DNA of 40,432 nt from Alphaproteobacteria bacterium (GTDB lineage Bacteria; Pseudomonadota; Alphaproteobacteria; Rs-D84): assembly GCA_017554365.1 (NCBI GenBank), contig JAFZIM010000049.1:1-40432 (forward strand), in the 5' to 3' direction. Each line of letters begins with the position of its first letter. Within the stretch, counting starts at the first letter, position 1. The translations under genes were made by a program, and so were the position numbers. The notes below the pieces were generated by a model. The model was not told the origin of the DNA. It worked only from the letters and a program-made list of their open reading frames with translations, and did not search any database. Positions 8,977-18,415 of this stretch are shown here, one piece after another.

Positions 8977-10932
8977 ATGAAAGAAATCCTGTATAATCAA
9001 TATAAAAATCTGTTTTTGTATGTGCCTTTTATCTTGGCATTTGGTGCGGGATTATATTTTTCTTTGGGAACAGAACCAAATATTCCATATCCGATTCTGA
9101 TAACTTTATTATTAGGTTTTTGTATCTATAAATTCAAAAATGTGTTTCTAAGGGCAATTTTATTATTTGTTTTTGGTTTCTTTTATTCTATGTCTTTCAC
9201 GCATATAATAAATACACCCCAGATTCATAATTCTTTTGGCGAAATATCTATCTCAGGAAAAATTACAAACATAGATTATGGTGAAAAATCTACGCATGTG
9301 TATTTAAGTGTCCCATTAAATCAAATAAATTCCGATTTCAAAGAAAACAAATCTGTAAATATAAGAATTTCATTATCAGAACCATCAAAAGATTTAAATA
9401 TAAACGATAATATTTCTGGGCGTGCAACTTTATTCCACCCGAATGCAAAATACGTTCCTGATTCTTTTGATTTTGCCAGATGGGCTTATTTCAATAATTT
9501 ATCTGCAATTGGTTTTATGAAAGATATTTCTGTGATAAAAGATGAATCAAATAATAAAAACATTCGCACATATATTCACAAACACGCTAATTCAACATTA
9601 ATTGATTCTTTGGTTTTGGGTTATAAGAAAGTTATCCCAGAAAAAGAAAGCAATATTTGGAAATCAGTTGGTCTTGGACACGTTTGGTCTATCAGTGGCT
9701 TTCACATGTCTTTGGTAAGTGGTTGGTTATTCATTTTGTTTTATTTAATCTTTCGTTCTGTTCCATATATAACAAAAAGAACGGCCGCAAAATATCCTGC
9801 ATTAATTTGTTCTTGGTTTGGATTATTATTTTATCTTTGTATTTCAGGAATAAGTGTTGCAACAATACGCGCGTTTTTAATGTTAACTTTCATTTTCATA
9901 GCAATAATATTTAACAGAAATATTTTATCTTTAAGAAATGCTGCAATTGTATTTTTAATTTTATTTTTTATAAATCCTTTCTTTATCATGAATGCAGGTT
10001 TTCAATTATCTTTTGCTGCTGTATTTGGTTTGCTTTGGTTTTATCAAAATCATAATTATATAAAAAGAAATTTAACATATAAAATATTCCATTTTATTTA
10101 TTCATCTTTGATGACAGCATTTATCGCAAGTATGTTTACTTTACCTTTTATAATCGCACATTTTGGTTATATTCCTATATATAGTTTATTAGGAAACATA
10201 ATTATTTTACCTATATTTTCTTTTGCAATTATGCCTTTGATTATGATTGGAACTATATTTGCAATTTTCGGAAATCAAATATTTATAAATCTTGCAAATA
10301 ATGTTTATGAATTTGCTTTAAATATCGCAGAACATATAACTACATTGCCTTATTCCAATGTATTTATGCCACATATTTCAAATGAAGTTTTAATTTTATC
10401 TATTATCGGTATGTTATTTATAATTTTATTTGTTAAATCAGATACAAAAAATTTCTTTATCCGTAATATAAACTATTTTATCGGGATATTATTTATAACT
10501 AGCGCAATAATATTATGTATAAACACACCAAAACCTTTGTTTTATTCAACTGGCGATAATTTATTGGTTGGTTTTGTATATGATAATCATTTGAAGTTTA
10601 ATAAAGCAAAATCTTCTAGTCATTATTTTGCTTTTAATGCATGGCGTGAATTTAACCACGAAGAAAAATCTGATATAAACGACAGACAAAAATGCACAAA
10701 AGGTTTATGTATTTATGAAACACCAAATTGGAAATTAGCATACATAGAAAATTTTACATCGACTATGAATAACATTGAAAATTTATGCAAAAACAAAACC
10801 ATAAATTATATTATTACGCCATTTGATATACACGCAGATAAATGTAATGCGAAAATATTAAATGATGGTTTGATTATATATCCATCTGGAAAAGTTAAGC
10901 AGATTCTGAATCATCGCCCTTGGCATATATAG
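8977..10932 (+). CDS. comEC: ComEC/Rec2 competence DNA-uptake channel (OB/DUF4131 plus competence domain, no MBL domain)
   Basis: GLGHVWSISGFHM, ATIRAFLM, GFQLSFAAV. Start moved to 8977 to avoid overlap with pyrG; TATAAT lies at 8965-8970. Confidence 0.92.
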   Translation: MKEILYNQYKNLFLYVPFILAFGAGLYFSLGTEPNIPYPILITLLLGFCIYKFKNVFLRAILLFVFGFFYSMSFTHIINTPQIHNSFGEISISGKITNIDYGEKSTHVYLSVPLNQINSDFKENKSVNIRISLSEPSKDLNINDNISGRATLFHPNAKYVPDSFDFARWAYFNNLSAIGFMKDISVIKDESNNKNIRTYIHKHANSTLIDSLVLGYKKVIPEKESNIWKSVGLGHVWSISGFHMSLVSGWLFILFYLIFRSVPYITKRTAAKYPALICSWFGLLFYLCISGISVATIRAFLMLTFIFIAIIFNRNILSLRNAAIVFLILFFINPFFIMNAGFQLSFAAVFGLLWFYQNHNYIKRNLTYKIFHFIYSSLMTAFIASMFTLPFIIAHFGYIPIYSLLGNIIILPIFSFAIMPLIMIGTIFAIFGNQIFINLANNVYEFALNIAEHITTLPYSNVFMPHISNEVLILSIIGMLFIILFVKSDTKNFFIRNINYFIGILFITSAIILCINTPKPLFYSTGDNLLVGFVYDNHLKFNKAKSSSHYFAFNAWREFNHEEKSDINDRQKCTKGLCIYETPNWKLAYIENFTSTMNNIENLCKNKTINYIITPFDIHADKCNAKILNDGLIIYPSGKVKQILNHRPWHI

Positions 10933-11653
10933 CACGAACAAAATATAAACCACAAGCAGGTGCATTTATACCGGCTGCACTGCGATTTTTTTCTTCAAAT
11001 ATCTTGTTAATATCTAAATCTTTACCCATACCAATTTCAACCAAAGTTCCAACCATATTACGAACCTGATGATGAAGAAAAGAACGTGCTTCGAATGCAA
11101 AAATTATTTCATCACCATTTTTGGTTATATTACATACATCAAGTGTTTTAATTGGGGATTTTGCCTGACATTGTGCCGCCCTAAAAGATGTAAAATCGTG
11201 TTTACCAACCAATAATTTTGCAGCATTTTTAATTGCATCTATATCCAAATATTGTGGAACCCACCAAACGCGATTTTTATTTAATACCACAGGACTTTGA
11301 CGATTCAGAACAATATATTTATAACATCTTTTTATACAATCAAAACGCGCATGGAAATCATCATCAACCTTTTCACAATTTAACACAGCCACAGGTTTAT
11401 TTGTTAAATAAAAATTCATAGCACGCATAATTGTTTCAGGCGTTGTATCTTTTTCCAAATCAAAATGTGCAGACATACAAATAGCATGAACCCCTGCATC
11501 AGTACGACCAGCAGAATATACTTCTGTTTTTTCAGAACAAAATTTATAAATTGCATCTTGCAACAAAGATTGTACAGATGGCCCCTGTTGGTTTTCCTGC
11601 CAACCTATTAAATCTGTTCCGTCATATTCAATATCTATTTTATATCTTGCCAT
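10895..11653 (-). CDS. truA: tRNA pseudouridine(38-40) synthase
   Basis: IEYDGT..GWQ, AGRTDAGVHA, FHARF, HDFTSFR, FLHHQVRNMVG, APACGL. Start MARYK at 11653. Confidence 0.97.
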   Translation of the reverse strand: MARYKIDIEYDGTDLIGWQENQQGPSVQSLLQDAIYKFCSEKTEVYSAGRTDAGVHAICMSAHFDLEKDTTPETIMRAMNFYLTNKPVAVLNCEKVDDDFHARFDCIKRCYKYIVLNRQSPVVLNKNRVWWVPQYLDIDAIKNAAKLLVGKHDFTSFRAAQCQAKSPIKTLDVCNITKNGDEIIFAFEARSFLHHQVRNMVGTLVEIGMGKDLDINKIFEEKNRSAAGINAPACGLYFVRAIYAKGDDSESA

Positions 11654-11658
11654 TTTAT

Positions 11659-11823
11659 TTACTTTTGTAATTGTATAGCGTCCCTGAAACACAAAACACA
11701 TTGATTACATATATTTTTATTTTGTGTGCTAAAATTAACACATTCTTTTGTGGTTATAGCAAACCCATTATAAACATTAGGCGCAATCAAAACATTTCCT
11801 ATTTTACAATAAAATGTTGTCAT
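11659..11823 (-). CDS. Small Cys-rich hypothetical protein (54 aa)
   Basis: Below the ORF-track cutoff. MTTFYCKIGNVLIAPNVYNGFAITTKECVNFSTQNKNICNQCVLCFRDAIQLQK fills the fmt-truA gap (3-nt and 5-nt spacers); GGGGA SD-like site in the fmt 3' end. Confidence 0.6.
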   Translation of the reverse strand: MTTFYCKIGNVLIAPNVYNGFAITTKECVNFSTQNKNICNQCVLCFRDAIQLQK

Positions 11824-11826
11824 TAT

Positions 11827-12639
11827 TTATTCCCCATATTTTATTTCTGCACCACGCAAACCATTTACAAAACTTTTCCAATCCATAGGATTTTTTCCAG
11901 CAGGTTGAATTTTTACGATTTTAAATTCATTATTATCTATTCTGGTTTCTAAAATTTTTACATCTATGCCATTTATTTTTGTTCTACCACATCCCAGCGC
12001 ACGAATTTGATTATGAATTTCATAAATATCTTTGTTCCAATCTATGATTTCATCTTCGCCTGTAAATTTACGTGTAAATGTTGGTTCGCCAATTTGTGGT
12101 TGTGCAACAAATTTATCAGGATTTTCCATATATTCATTTAACATTTCTATGGCTGTGGTTGCGACCTTGGTTTCGACACTTTCGTTTGTGTCGTTTATAT
12201 CAATTTCAATATTTTTACGCATATAAATATCGCCTGCGTCCATTTCAGCAGACATAGCCATCAAACAAACTTCCATATTTTTATCACCATTTAAAATAGC
12301 CGTTCTTATTGGTGATGGCCCACGATATTTTGGTAAAGAACTTGGGTGAATATTTATACATTTTGCAGAATTTAAAACATTATCACGCAAAATAATCCCA
12401 TAAGAAAAAACGACTATCATATCTGGCTTTTCAGATATCGAATCAAATTCTTTAATGGAAGTATGAACAACCAAACCACGTTGATTAGCCCATTCGTGAA
12501 CTGGCGATGGTGTTAAAATCTGTTTACGTCCCATTGGTTTTGGTGCGCGTGTAAAAACCCCGATTACATCGTGTTTATTTGCAATATCATCAAACACAGG
12601 AACAACAAATTGATTTGTTCCCATCAATATTATTTTCAT
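11827..12639 (-). CDS. fmt: Methionyl-tRNA formyltransferase (short C-terminal domain)
   Basis: MGT, INIHPSSLPKYRGPSPI, MDAGDI, QPAGK.PM....F.NG. Confidence 0.97.
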   Translation of the reverse strand: MKIILMGTNQFVVPVFDDIANKHDVIGVFTRAPKPMGRKQILTPSPVHEWANQRGLVVHTSIKEFDSISEKPDMIVVFSYGIILRDNVLNSAKCINIHPSSLPKYRGPSPIRTAILNGDKNMEVCLMAMSAEMDAGDIYMRKNIEIDINDTNESVETKVATTAIEMLNEYMENPDKFVAQPQIGEPTFTRKFTGEDEIIDWNKDIYEIHNQIRALGCGRTKINGIDVKILETRIDNNEFKIVKIQPAGKNPMDWKSFVNGLRGAEIKYGE

Positions 12640-13140
12640 TTAATGCCTCCGATTAACCTTACGCATTAACATTTCACGTTTTACACCTGATAAATAATCT
12701 ATGAATAAAATTCCATCAAGATGGTCTGTTTCATGTTGCACAATACGCGCAGCAATTCCAGACATTTTTGCATGTAATTCTTCGCCTTTTTCATTTGTCC
12801 ATTTTACTTCTACATTGGCTGGACGTCTGACATTTGAATATACAGGCAACCCATCAGACCCCAACACAGACAAACAACCTTCTTCCATAACGGCTGTATC
12901 TTCACTTTTTGAAATAATTATTGGATTTATCATGCGAAATATTTCATTAGTATCAGGATTCATCATAACCAAGAATCTTTTTGTAATACCAACCTGAGGC
13001 GCAGCCAACCCGACCCCATTTTGTTCAGACATCATTTTTACCATTTCATTCATGGTGTCTAACAATTCTGGGGTGATATCAGATACAGGTTCACATTTTT
13101 CACGCAAAACCAAATCACCGCAAAGTTTCATTTGCAACAT
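12640..13140 (-). CDS. def: Peptide deformylase
   Basis: GVGLAAPQVG, EGCLS, QHETDHLDG. Confidence 0.98.
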   Translation of the reverse strand: MLQMKLCGDLVLREKCEPVSDITPELLDTMNEMVKMMSEQNGVGLAAPQVGITKRFLVMMNPDTNEIFRMINPIIISKSEDTAVMEEGCLSVLGSDGLPVYSNVRRPANVEVKWTNEKGEELHAKMSGIAARIVQHETDHLDGILFIDYLSGVKREMLMRKVNRRH

Positions 13141-13190
13141 TTATAAAACCCTTTATAATCTATATAGAGATTGTAGCAAAGGATTTTGAA

Positions 13191-14066
13191 ATGACAACTT
13201 ATATTTTAATACTATTATTCCTTATTGTATTTTTGTTATTTGTCTTGATTTTACGCAAACCAGTGGTTGATATTTCATCACTTCGTGAAGACAACACCAG
13301 ATTACGTGAAAAATTATCTGAAAGATTGGGCGTTTTGACCCAAAGTGCCATTGAAATTAAAAGTATTAGTGCTGACATAGCAAATTTCAAAGATATCTTG
13401 ATGGGAAACAAACAGGCACGCGGTTCTTTTGGCGAAAGAAGATTAGAAGATTTAGTTATGGATATTTTGCCACCAGAACATTATGATTTTCAGCATAAAA
13501 TTGGCGATGTAAAACCTGATTGTATTATCAGATTACCTTATCCTCCTGGCGATATGGTCATAGATAGTAAATTTCCATTAGAAAGTTATAATCGTATTAT
13601 TGAAGATAAAAATAATTTAGGGGCAAAAAAACAATTTGAAATAGATGTTCGCAAACACATAGACGACATAGCAGAAAAATATATTATTCCTGGGGTCACA
13701 GCAGAATCTGCAATGATGTTTATCGCTTCTGAATCTGTATTTGAAACAATACATCGTGATTTTCCAGACACAATTGAATATGCTGCTAAATTAAAAGTAT
13801 TTTTGGTATCGCCATCAACTTTATGGGCCACATTAAATACAATTCGTGCAGTGTTATCAGATATAAAAATTAAACGCGTTGCAAATAAAATAAAAAGAGA
13901 ATTGGATTTATTATTAACCGACCTTAATCGTTTAGAAGAACGCGCATCAAAAGTCGACCAACATTTTGCATTGGCACAAAAGGATATGGGTGAATTACAA
14001 ACTTCCATTTCAAAAATAACCCCACGTGCCGAAAAATTACGAGATATGGATTTTGGTGAAGATTAA
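13191..14066 (+). CDS. rmuC: DNA recombination protein RmuC
   Basis: N-terminal TM, RGSFGE..LE, PDCII.LP, IDSKFP, KYIIPG, MFIASE, VSPSTL. Confidence 0.93.
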   Translation: MTTYILILLFLIVFLLFVLILRKPVVDISSLREDNTRLREKLSERLGVLTQSAIEIKSISADIANFKDILMGNKQARGSFGERRLEDLVMDILPPEHYDFQHKIGDVKPDCIIRLPYPPGDMVIDSKFPLESYNRIIEDKNNLGAKKQFEIDVRKHIDDIAEKYIIPGVTAESAMMFIASESVFETIHRDFPDTIEYAAKLKVFLVSPSTLWATLNTIRAVLSDIKIKRVANKIKRELDLLLTDLNRLEERASKVDQHFALAQKDMGELQTSISKITPRAEKLRDMDFGED

Positions 14067-14092
14067 AAATCGCCCGACCGGGCGATTTTTTT
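14065..14092. terminator. Bidirectional intrinsic terminator
   Basis: AAAAATCGCCC-GACC-GGGCGATTTTT inverted repeat between convergent genes. Confidence 0.88.
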
Positions 14093-14687
14093 ATTTTCTT
14101 AAACCTGTTTTTTTATCTATCCAAACTTGTTCTTTTGCTATTTCCATAATTGGCATATCAGATTTGCTGTCTGAATATGCACGAACAACATTTGGAATAT
14201 ATTTATTTTCTTTTGCCCAATTATCCAACGCAATTACTTTATTTTTACCCCAACATAGAAATTTATATTTCCATGGTTTGTCTTGTTCCATTTGTGAACA
14301 CATAACAGCATCAAATTTCATATCAGAAACAAGATGTGGAATTAAATAATTTGTGCTGGCAGAAATTAAAACAACTTTGTTTCCATTTTTCTTTTCTTTG
14401 GCAACCTGCTCTTTCGCCCAGCCAAATCTTTTCATTTTATGCTGTTTTATAAATCCAGGAACAAAATCATTTATCATTTTTGGATTCACAAAACAACGCA
14501 TGATTTGACGCCACCAAATACCTTTTGGATTTAATATTTTACCAACCCAGGCAATTAATAAAATTGGTAAATAAACCACTAATTTATGCGAATGTTTGAA
14601 ACAATATTTACCAAATTCAAAATTAGAATCTTTGGCAGACAAAGTCCCATCAAAATCAAAAACTACTACATCTACTTTTGTTAACAT
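14091..14687 (-). CDS. HAD-IB family hydrolase (SerB-like / lipid phosphatase-like)
   Basis: FDFDGTL, LISAS, G.NK, AYSDSKSD.P motifs. Confidence 0.9.
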   Translation of the reverse strand: MLTKVDVVVFDFDGTLSAKDSNFEFGKYCFKHSHKLVVYLPILLIAWVGKILNPKGIWWRQIMRCFVNPKMINDFVPGFIKQHKMKRFGWAKEQVAKEKKNGNKVVLISASTNYLIPHLVSDMKFDAVMCSQMEQDKPWKYKFLCWGKNKVIALDNWAKENKYIPNVVRAYSDSKSDMPIMEIAKEQVWIDKKTGLRK

Positions 14688-14746
14688 GTTTTAATCTTTT
14701 TTTTTATACCAACAATTTATACGCAATAATTTTTGATTTTTCAAGT

Positions 14747-17700
14747 TTATTTATTTCTTTGTATTTTTCTACGTAATTTTTCCATTACAAAGAATAATGC
14801 AGGTGTCAAACTGAAAGTCCATATCAAAGATGCACACATACCACCAATCATAACTGCACCCATCGCAACTTTCATACCATCATTAGACCATAATTGTGGA
14901 ATCATACCGGCAACCACAGCAATTGTAGTCATCCAAATCATACGTTTCTTGTCCATCAATTCTTGCCACAATACTTTCTTGGCATCTTCACCATGTTGAA
15001 CACGAATAACGGTTGGTTCCAAAACCAAAATATTATTGTTAACCACCAAACCAACCAACATAATGAATGCTAATAATGCACCAACATTTAATGAAGCACC
15101 TGATAAGAACAACATTATAAACACACCTGCGAAACTGGTTATAATAGATGTTGCAATTGTAAATGGATGAATCAAAGAATTCATAATCGCAGCCAATAAC
15201 ATAAATGTTAATATTGTTGCCAAAAAGAATGCCTGACCAATTTCACCATTTGTTTCATCTTGGATTTCTGACATACCAGCAAAACTGGCTTTATATCCAG
15301 GTTCCCAATCCATAGCATCTATCTGTTTTTGTATTTCATTTTGCACAGGCCCAATTGTAGATTTTCCGATATTGATATCTATTTCGGTTGCTCTGTTTTT
15401 ATCTAAACGATATATATTAGAAGTTGCAGGAACACTTTCTATTTTTCCGAGTTGAGAAAGTGCAACCATACCTTTGTGTGAATTTACATAGATGTTATCA
15501 AACATTGTTTGGTTTTTAAATTGTTTTTCAAATTCCAGTATAATTGGATATTCATCACCATTTTCTTTATATTTATAATTGTCGTTTCCAAATAATGCTG
15601 TACGTAATGTTGAACCTGCCTGAGAATTCTTTACCCCCCAGAAATTCATTTTTTCATTATCTGGGATAAAACGAATTTCATTTGCAGGTGTTTGTTGAAC
15701 GATAACTGCACTTTGAACTTCTTCTATCTTATTTACTTTATCAATAATCTGATTGGCATACATATTTCTTTTTGTATCATCGTCCCCATAAACATTTAAC
15801 ACCATATCAGAATTAAACCCAGAACCACTGATATTTTCCCCAGCACGAATTTGGATTTCTGCATCTGATATATCAGATAACAAAGGCAACATTTTTTGTG
15901 CTAATTTTTTATCAGAAATACCACGATTTTTCAAATCAACTAAATCAACTTTGATATTGATATTTTGTAAACCTTTATCGCCTATTTTTATAGTTGTCGC
16001 TTTTACTTCTTTGAATTGTTTTATGCGATTATCTACTTCTCTGGCAATAGATTCTGATTTTGAATATACACTTCCCATTGGTGTACGAATTGTAATTGTT
16101 ATTTCGTCTGCATCAGTAGATGGTGAAAATTCATTACCGATAAATCTGACTAATTGAGCAGACAATAACAAAACCGCAAAAGCCCCAATAATTACAACAA
16201 AAGGATGTCTTGATTGATATTCATACCAAGTATGCAACATAGATTTATTATTATGTTCTTGTAATTCTTTAACATCTTGTTTTGTTTGTTTCTTTTGTGG
16301 CAATTTTAATAATTTTGCAATCATCATTGGTGTCAAAGTAAATGAAAACAATAATGATAACAAAGTTAAATACACAACACTCATACCAAATTGCAACATG
16401 AATTGGCCTGAAATTCCGCCCATAAATGCAAGTGGTAAAAACACAACGACATTTGTTCCGACCCCAGCCAACACAGGAACTGCAACCTTGCGTGTTCCGT
16501 CTTCTGCTGCCTGCTCTGATGTTTTACCAGAACGCAATTCTGTTAATGCAGATTCAATTAAAATAATTGCATTTGATACCAATGTCCCCAATGCTGTTGC
16601 GTATGCTAACAAAGTCATTGTGTTAATTGTAAAACCTGATTTTTCCATTAAAAAGAATCCTGATAACAAAGACGCAGGTATCACAACCCCAGCAATAATT
16701 GTTGAACGCCAATTACGTGTAAATGCCAACAATACTAATATAGTAAATATAACCCCAAGAATAATTCCATTGATTGTATCTGTTGTATCTTCTGATATAT
16801 GCAAAGAAGAATCATAAATTATTTCCATTGATGTTTCTGGGAAATGTTCTTTTAATACCGCTTCAAATTCAGGCAATTTTTTATGCAAAGCATTTGATAT
16901 TTTAATTGCATTACCATCAGATGCTTTGACCACAGACATAATAACAACATTTTCGCCATTATATATTGCACCTTTTTCTATATCACGCATTTCATCTTTA
17001 ACATTTGCGACATCTGATAATTTGAAAGTTTCACCTTCTATCGTTGTTATTTCAAGTGCAGCAATTTCATCTACTGATTTAAATTCGCCAACAAAACGAA
17101 CATTTTCAGAATTTATATTAGTTTCAATTTTTCCGCCTGGAACATTTAAATTGCTTGTTGCAATTGCATTTACTATGTCGTTAATTGTGACACCATAAGC
17201 AGCCATTAAATCAGGGTCCATTGAAATACGCACAGCCCTTTCACGTCCCCCAAAAGTATTGACAGACGCAACACCTTTGACGGCAGTAATTTTATTAGAC
17301 AATGTGTCAGATATATATTTTTCTATGTCCCTTGGGTTGCCACCTTTGATAACAATATCTAATACAGGGGTTTGCAAAGGATTTAATTTAGCAATAACGG
17401 GCTGTTTCAAATCTTTTGGAAATTCATTAGCAAGACCATCTATTTTTGCCTTTACTTCATTTGCTTTGTCATCAACATTAACCCCCAAATTAAATTCAGA
17501 AATAACATAGGCATAATTTTCATAAACCTGAGATGTGATTTTTTTAACTCCAGCAACTTCTGACATCGCATTTTCTGCTTTCTTGATAACCTGAGTTTCT
17601 AATTCCGCACTTGACGCCCCAGGATAAGTAAATGTTGCGGTCACATAAGGAAATTCAACAGATGGGGTTCTTTCTATGTTCATTTTTGGGAAAGATACAA

Positions 17701-17770
17701 TACCCAATATTACAAAAAATAAAACGAACATAATTGTAGTTATAGGTTTACGAATAAAGAATTTTAACAT
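14747..17770 (-). CDS. RND-family transporter permease (AcrB/AcrD/AcrF-like), atypical proton-relay residues
   Basis: 1007 aa, TYPGAS, ERAVRI, two large periplasmic domains and 12 TMs; TM4 reads GTLVSNAIILIE. Confidence 0.93.
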   Translation of the reverse strand: MLKFFIRKPITTIMFVLFFVILGIVSFPKMNIERTPSVEFPYVTATFTYPGASSAELETQVIKKAENAMSEVAGVKKITSQVYENYAYVISEFNLGVNVDDKANEVKAKIDGLANEFPKDLKQPVIAKLNPLQTPVLDIVIKGGNPRDIEKYISDTLSNKITAVKGVASVNTFGGRERAVRISMDPDLMAAYGVTINDIVNAIATSNLNVPGGKIETNINSENVRFVGEFKSVDEIAALEITTIEGETFKLSDVANVKDEMRDIEKGAIYNGENVVIMSVVKASDGNAIKISNALHKKLPEFEAVLKEHFPETSMEIIYDSSLHISEDTTDTINGIILGVIFTILVLLAFTRNWRSTIIAGVVIPASLLSGFFLMEKSGFTINTMTLLAYATALGTLVSNAIILIESALTELRSGKTSEQAAEDGTRKVAVPVLAGVGTNVVVFLPLAFMGGISGQFMLQFGMSVVYLTLLSLLFSFTLTPMMIAKLLKLPQKKQTKQDVKELQEHNNKSMLHTWYEYQSRHPFVVIIGAFAVLLLSAQLVRFIGNEFSPSTDADEITITIRTPMGSVYSKSESIAREVDNRIKQFKEVKATTIKIGDKGLQNINIKVDLVDLKNRGISDKKLAQKMLPLLSDISDAEIQIRAGENISGSGFNSDMVLNVYGDDDTKRNMYANQIIDKVNKIEEVQSAVIVQQTPANEIRFIPDNEKMNFWGVKNSQAGSTLRTALFGNDNYKYKENGDEYPIILEFEKQFKNQTMFDNIYVNSHKGMVALSQLGKIESVPATSNIYRLDKNRATEIDINIGKSTIGPVQNEIQKQIDAMDWEPGYKASFAGMSEIQDETNGEIGQAFFLATILTFMLLAAIMNSLIHPFTIATSIITSFAGVFIMLFLSGASLNVGALLAFIMLVGLVVNNNILVLEPTVIRVQHGEDAKKVLWQELMDKKRMIWMTTIAVVAGMIPQLWSNDGMKVAMGAVMIGGMCASLIWTFSLTPALFFVMEKLRRKIQRNK

Positions 17771-17788
17771 TTTATTTTCCCCCAGAAT

Positions 17789-18415
17789 TTATTTTACAAT
17801 TTTGATTTTTTGATTGTCTTTGACATCAGATAAAATGACAACATCACCTTCTGATAAACCTTTTTTCACAAAAGCATTTTGTGAATCACGACCACCAATT
17901 ACTATTTCACGAATTTCTGCAACATCACCATTTACAACGTATACATTATTTCCTTTGATAGCAGATACAGGGACATAAAAACCATTTGCCACGATTTCAA
18001 CATATTGCAAACCATTTTTACAAGATTTAGTTTTTATAACATACATACCTGAATCTAAATCTATATTCTTTGATACAGAAATAATTTTCCCATCGCCAAT
18101 TTTCTGATTTGTTTTGAAAAGATTTATACGACCACTTGAAACATAAGCACGATTATTTTTAATATTTAATGGTTCGTATAAAATTCCATCTTTTTTTTCT
18201 ATTTTTAATGTTTCCACAGGCAATCCATATTCAATATTATTGCGTGCAATATTAAATACATTTGTATTTTGTTCCTGATTTATAAGATAAAATCTATATC
18301 CAAAACATATAACGACAAAAGCAATGAATATTGTATAAAGTATTGCTTTTGATTTACGAGTTTTTAATTTTTTAACAATATTTTCTATTCTTTCTGTCTT
18401 AGTCATATTATTCAC
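17789..18415 (-). CDS. Shortened periplasmic adaptor (membrane fusion protein-like)
   Basis: N-terminal TM, PVE, G.I..VS..ID..SG, VPVSAI, VYVV, GLSEGDVVI; lies between tolC and RND; only 208 aa. Confidence 0.8.
   Translation of the reverse strand: MNNMTKTERIENIVKKLKTRKSKAILYTIFIAFVVICFGYRFYLINQEQNTNVFNIARNNIEYGLPVETLKIEKKDGILYEPLNIKNNRAYVSSGRINLFKTNQKIGDGKIISVSKNIDLDSGMYVIKTKSCKNGLQYVEIVANGFYVPVSAIKGNNVYVVNGDVAEIREIVIGGRDSQNAFVKKGLSEGDVVILSDVKDNQKIKIVK

Noticed and set aside
8977-10932. ComEC lacking the metallo-beta-lactamase domain
   Set aside because: A known, common architecture in alphaproteobacteria.
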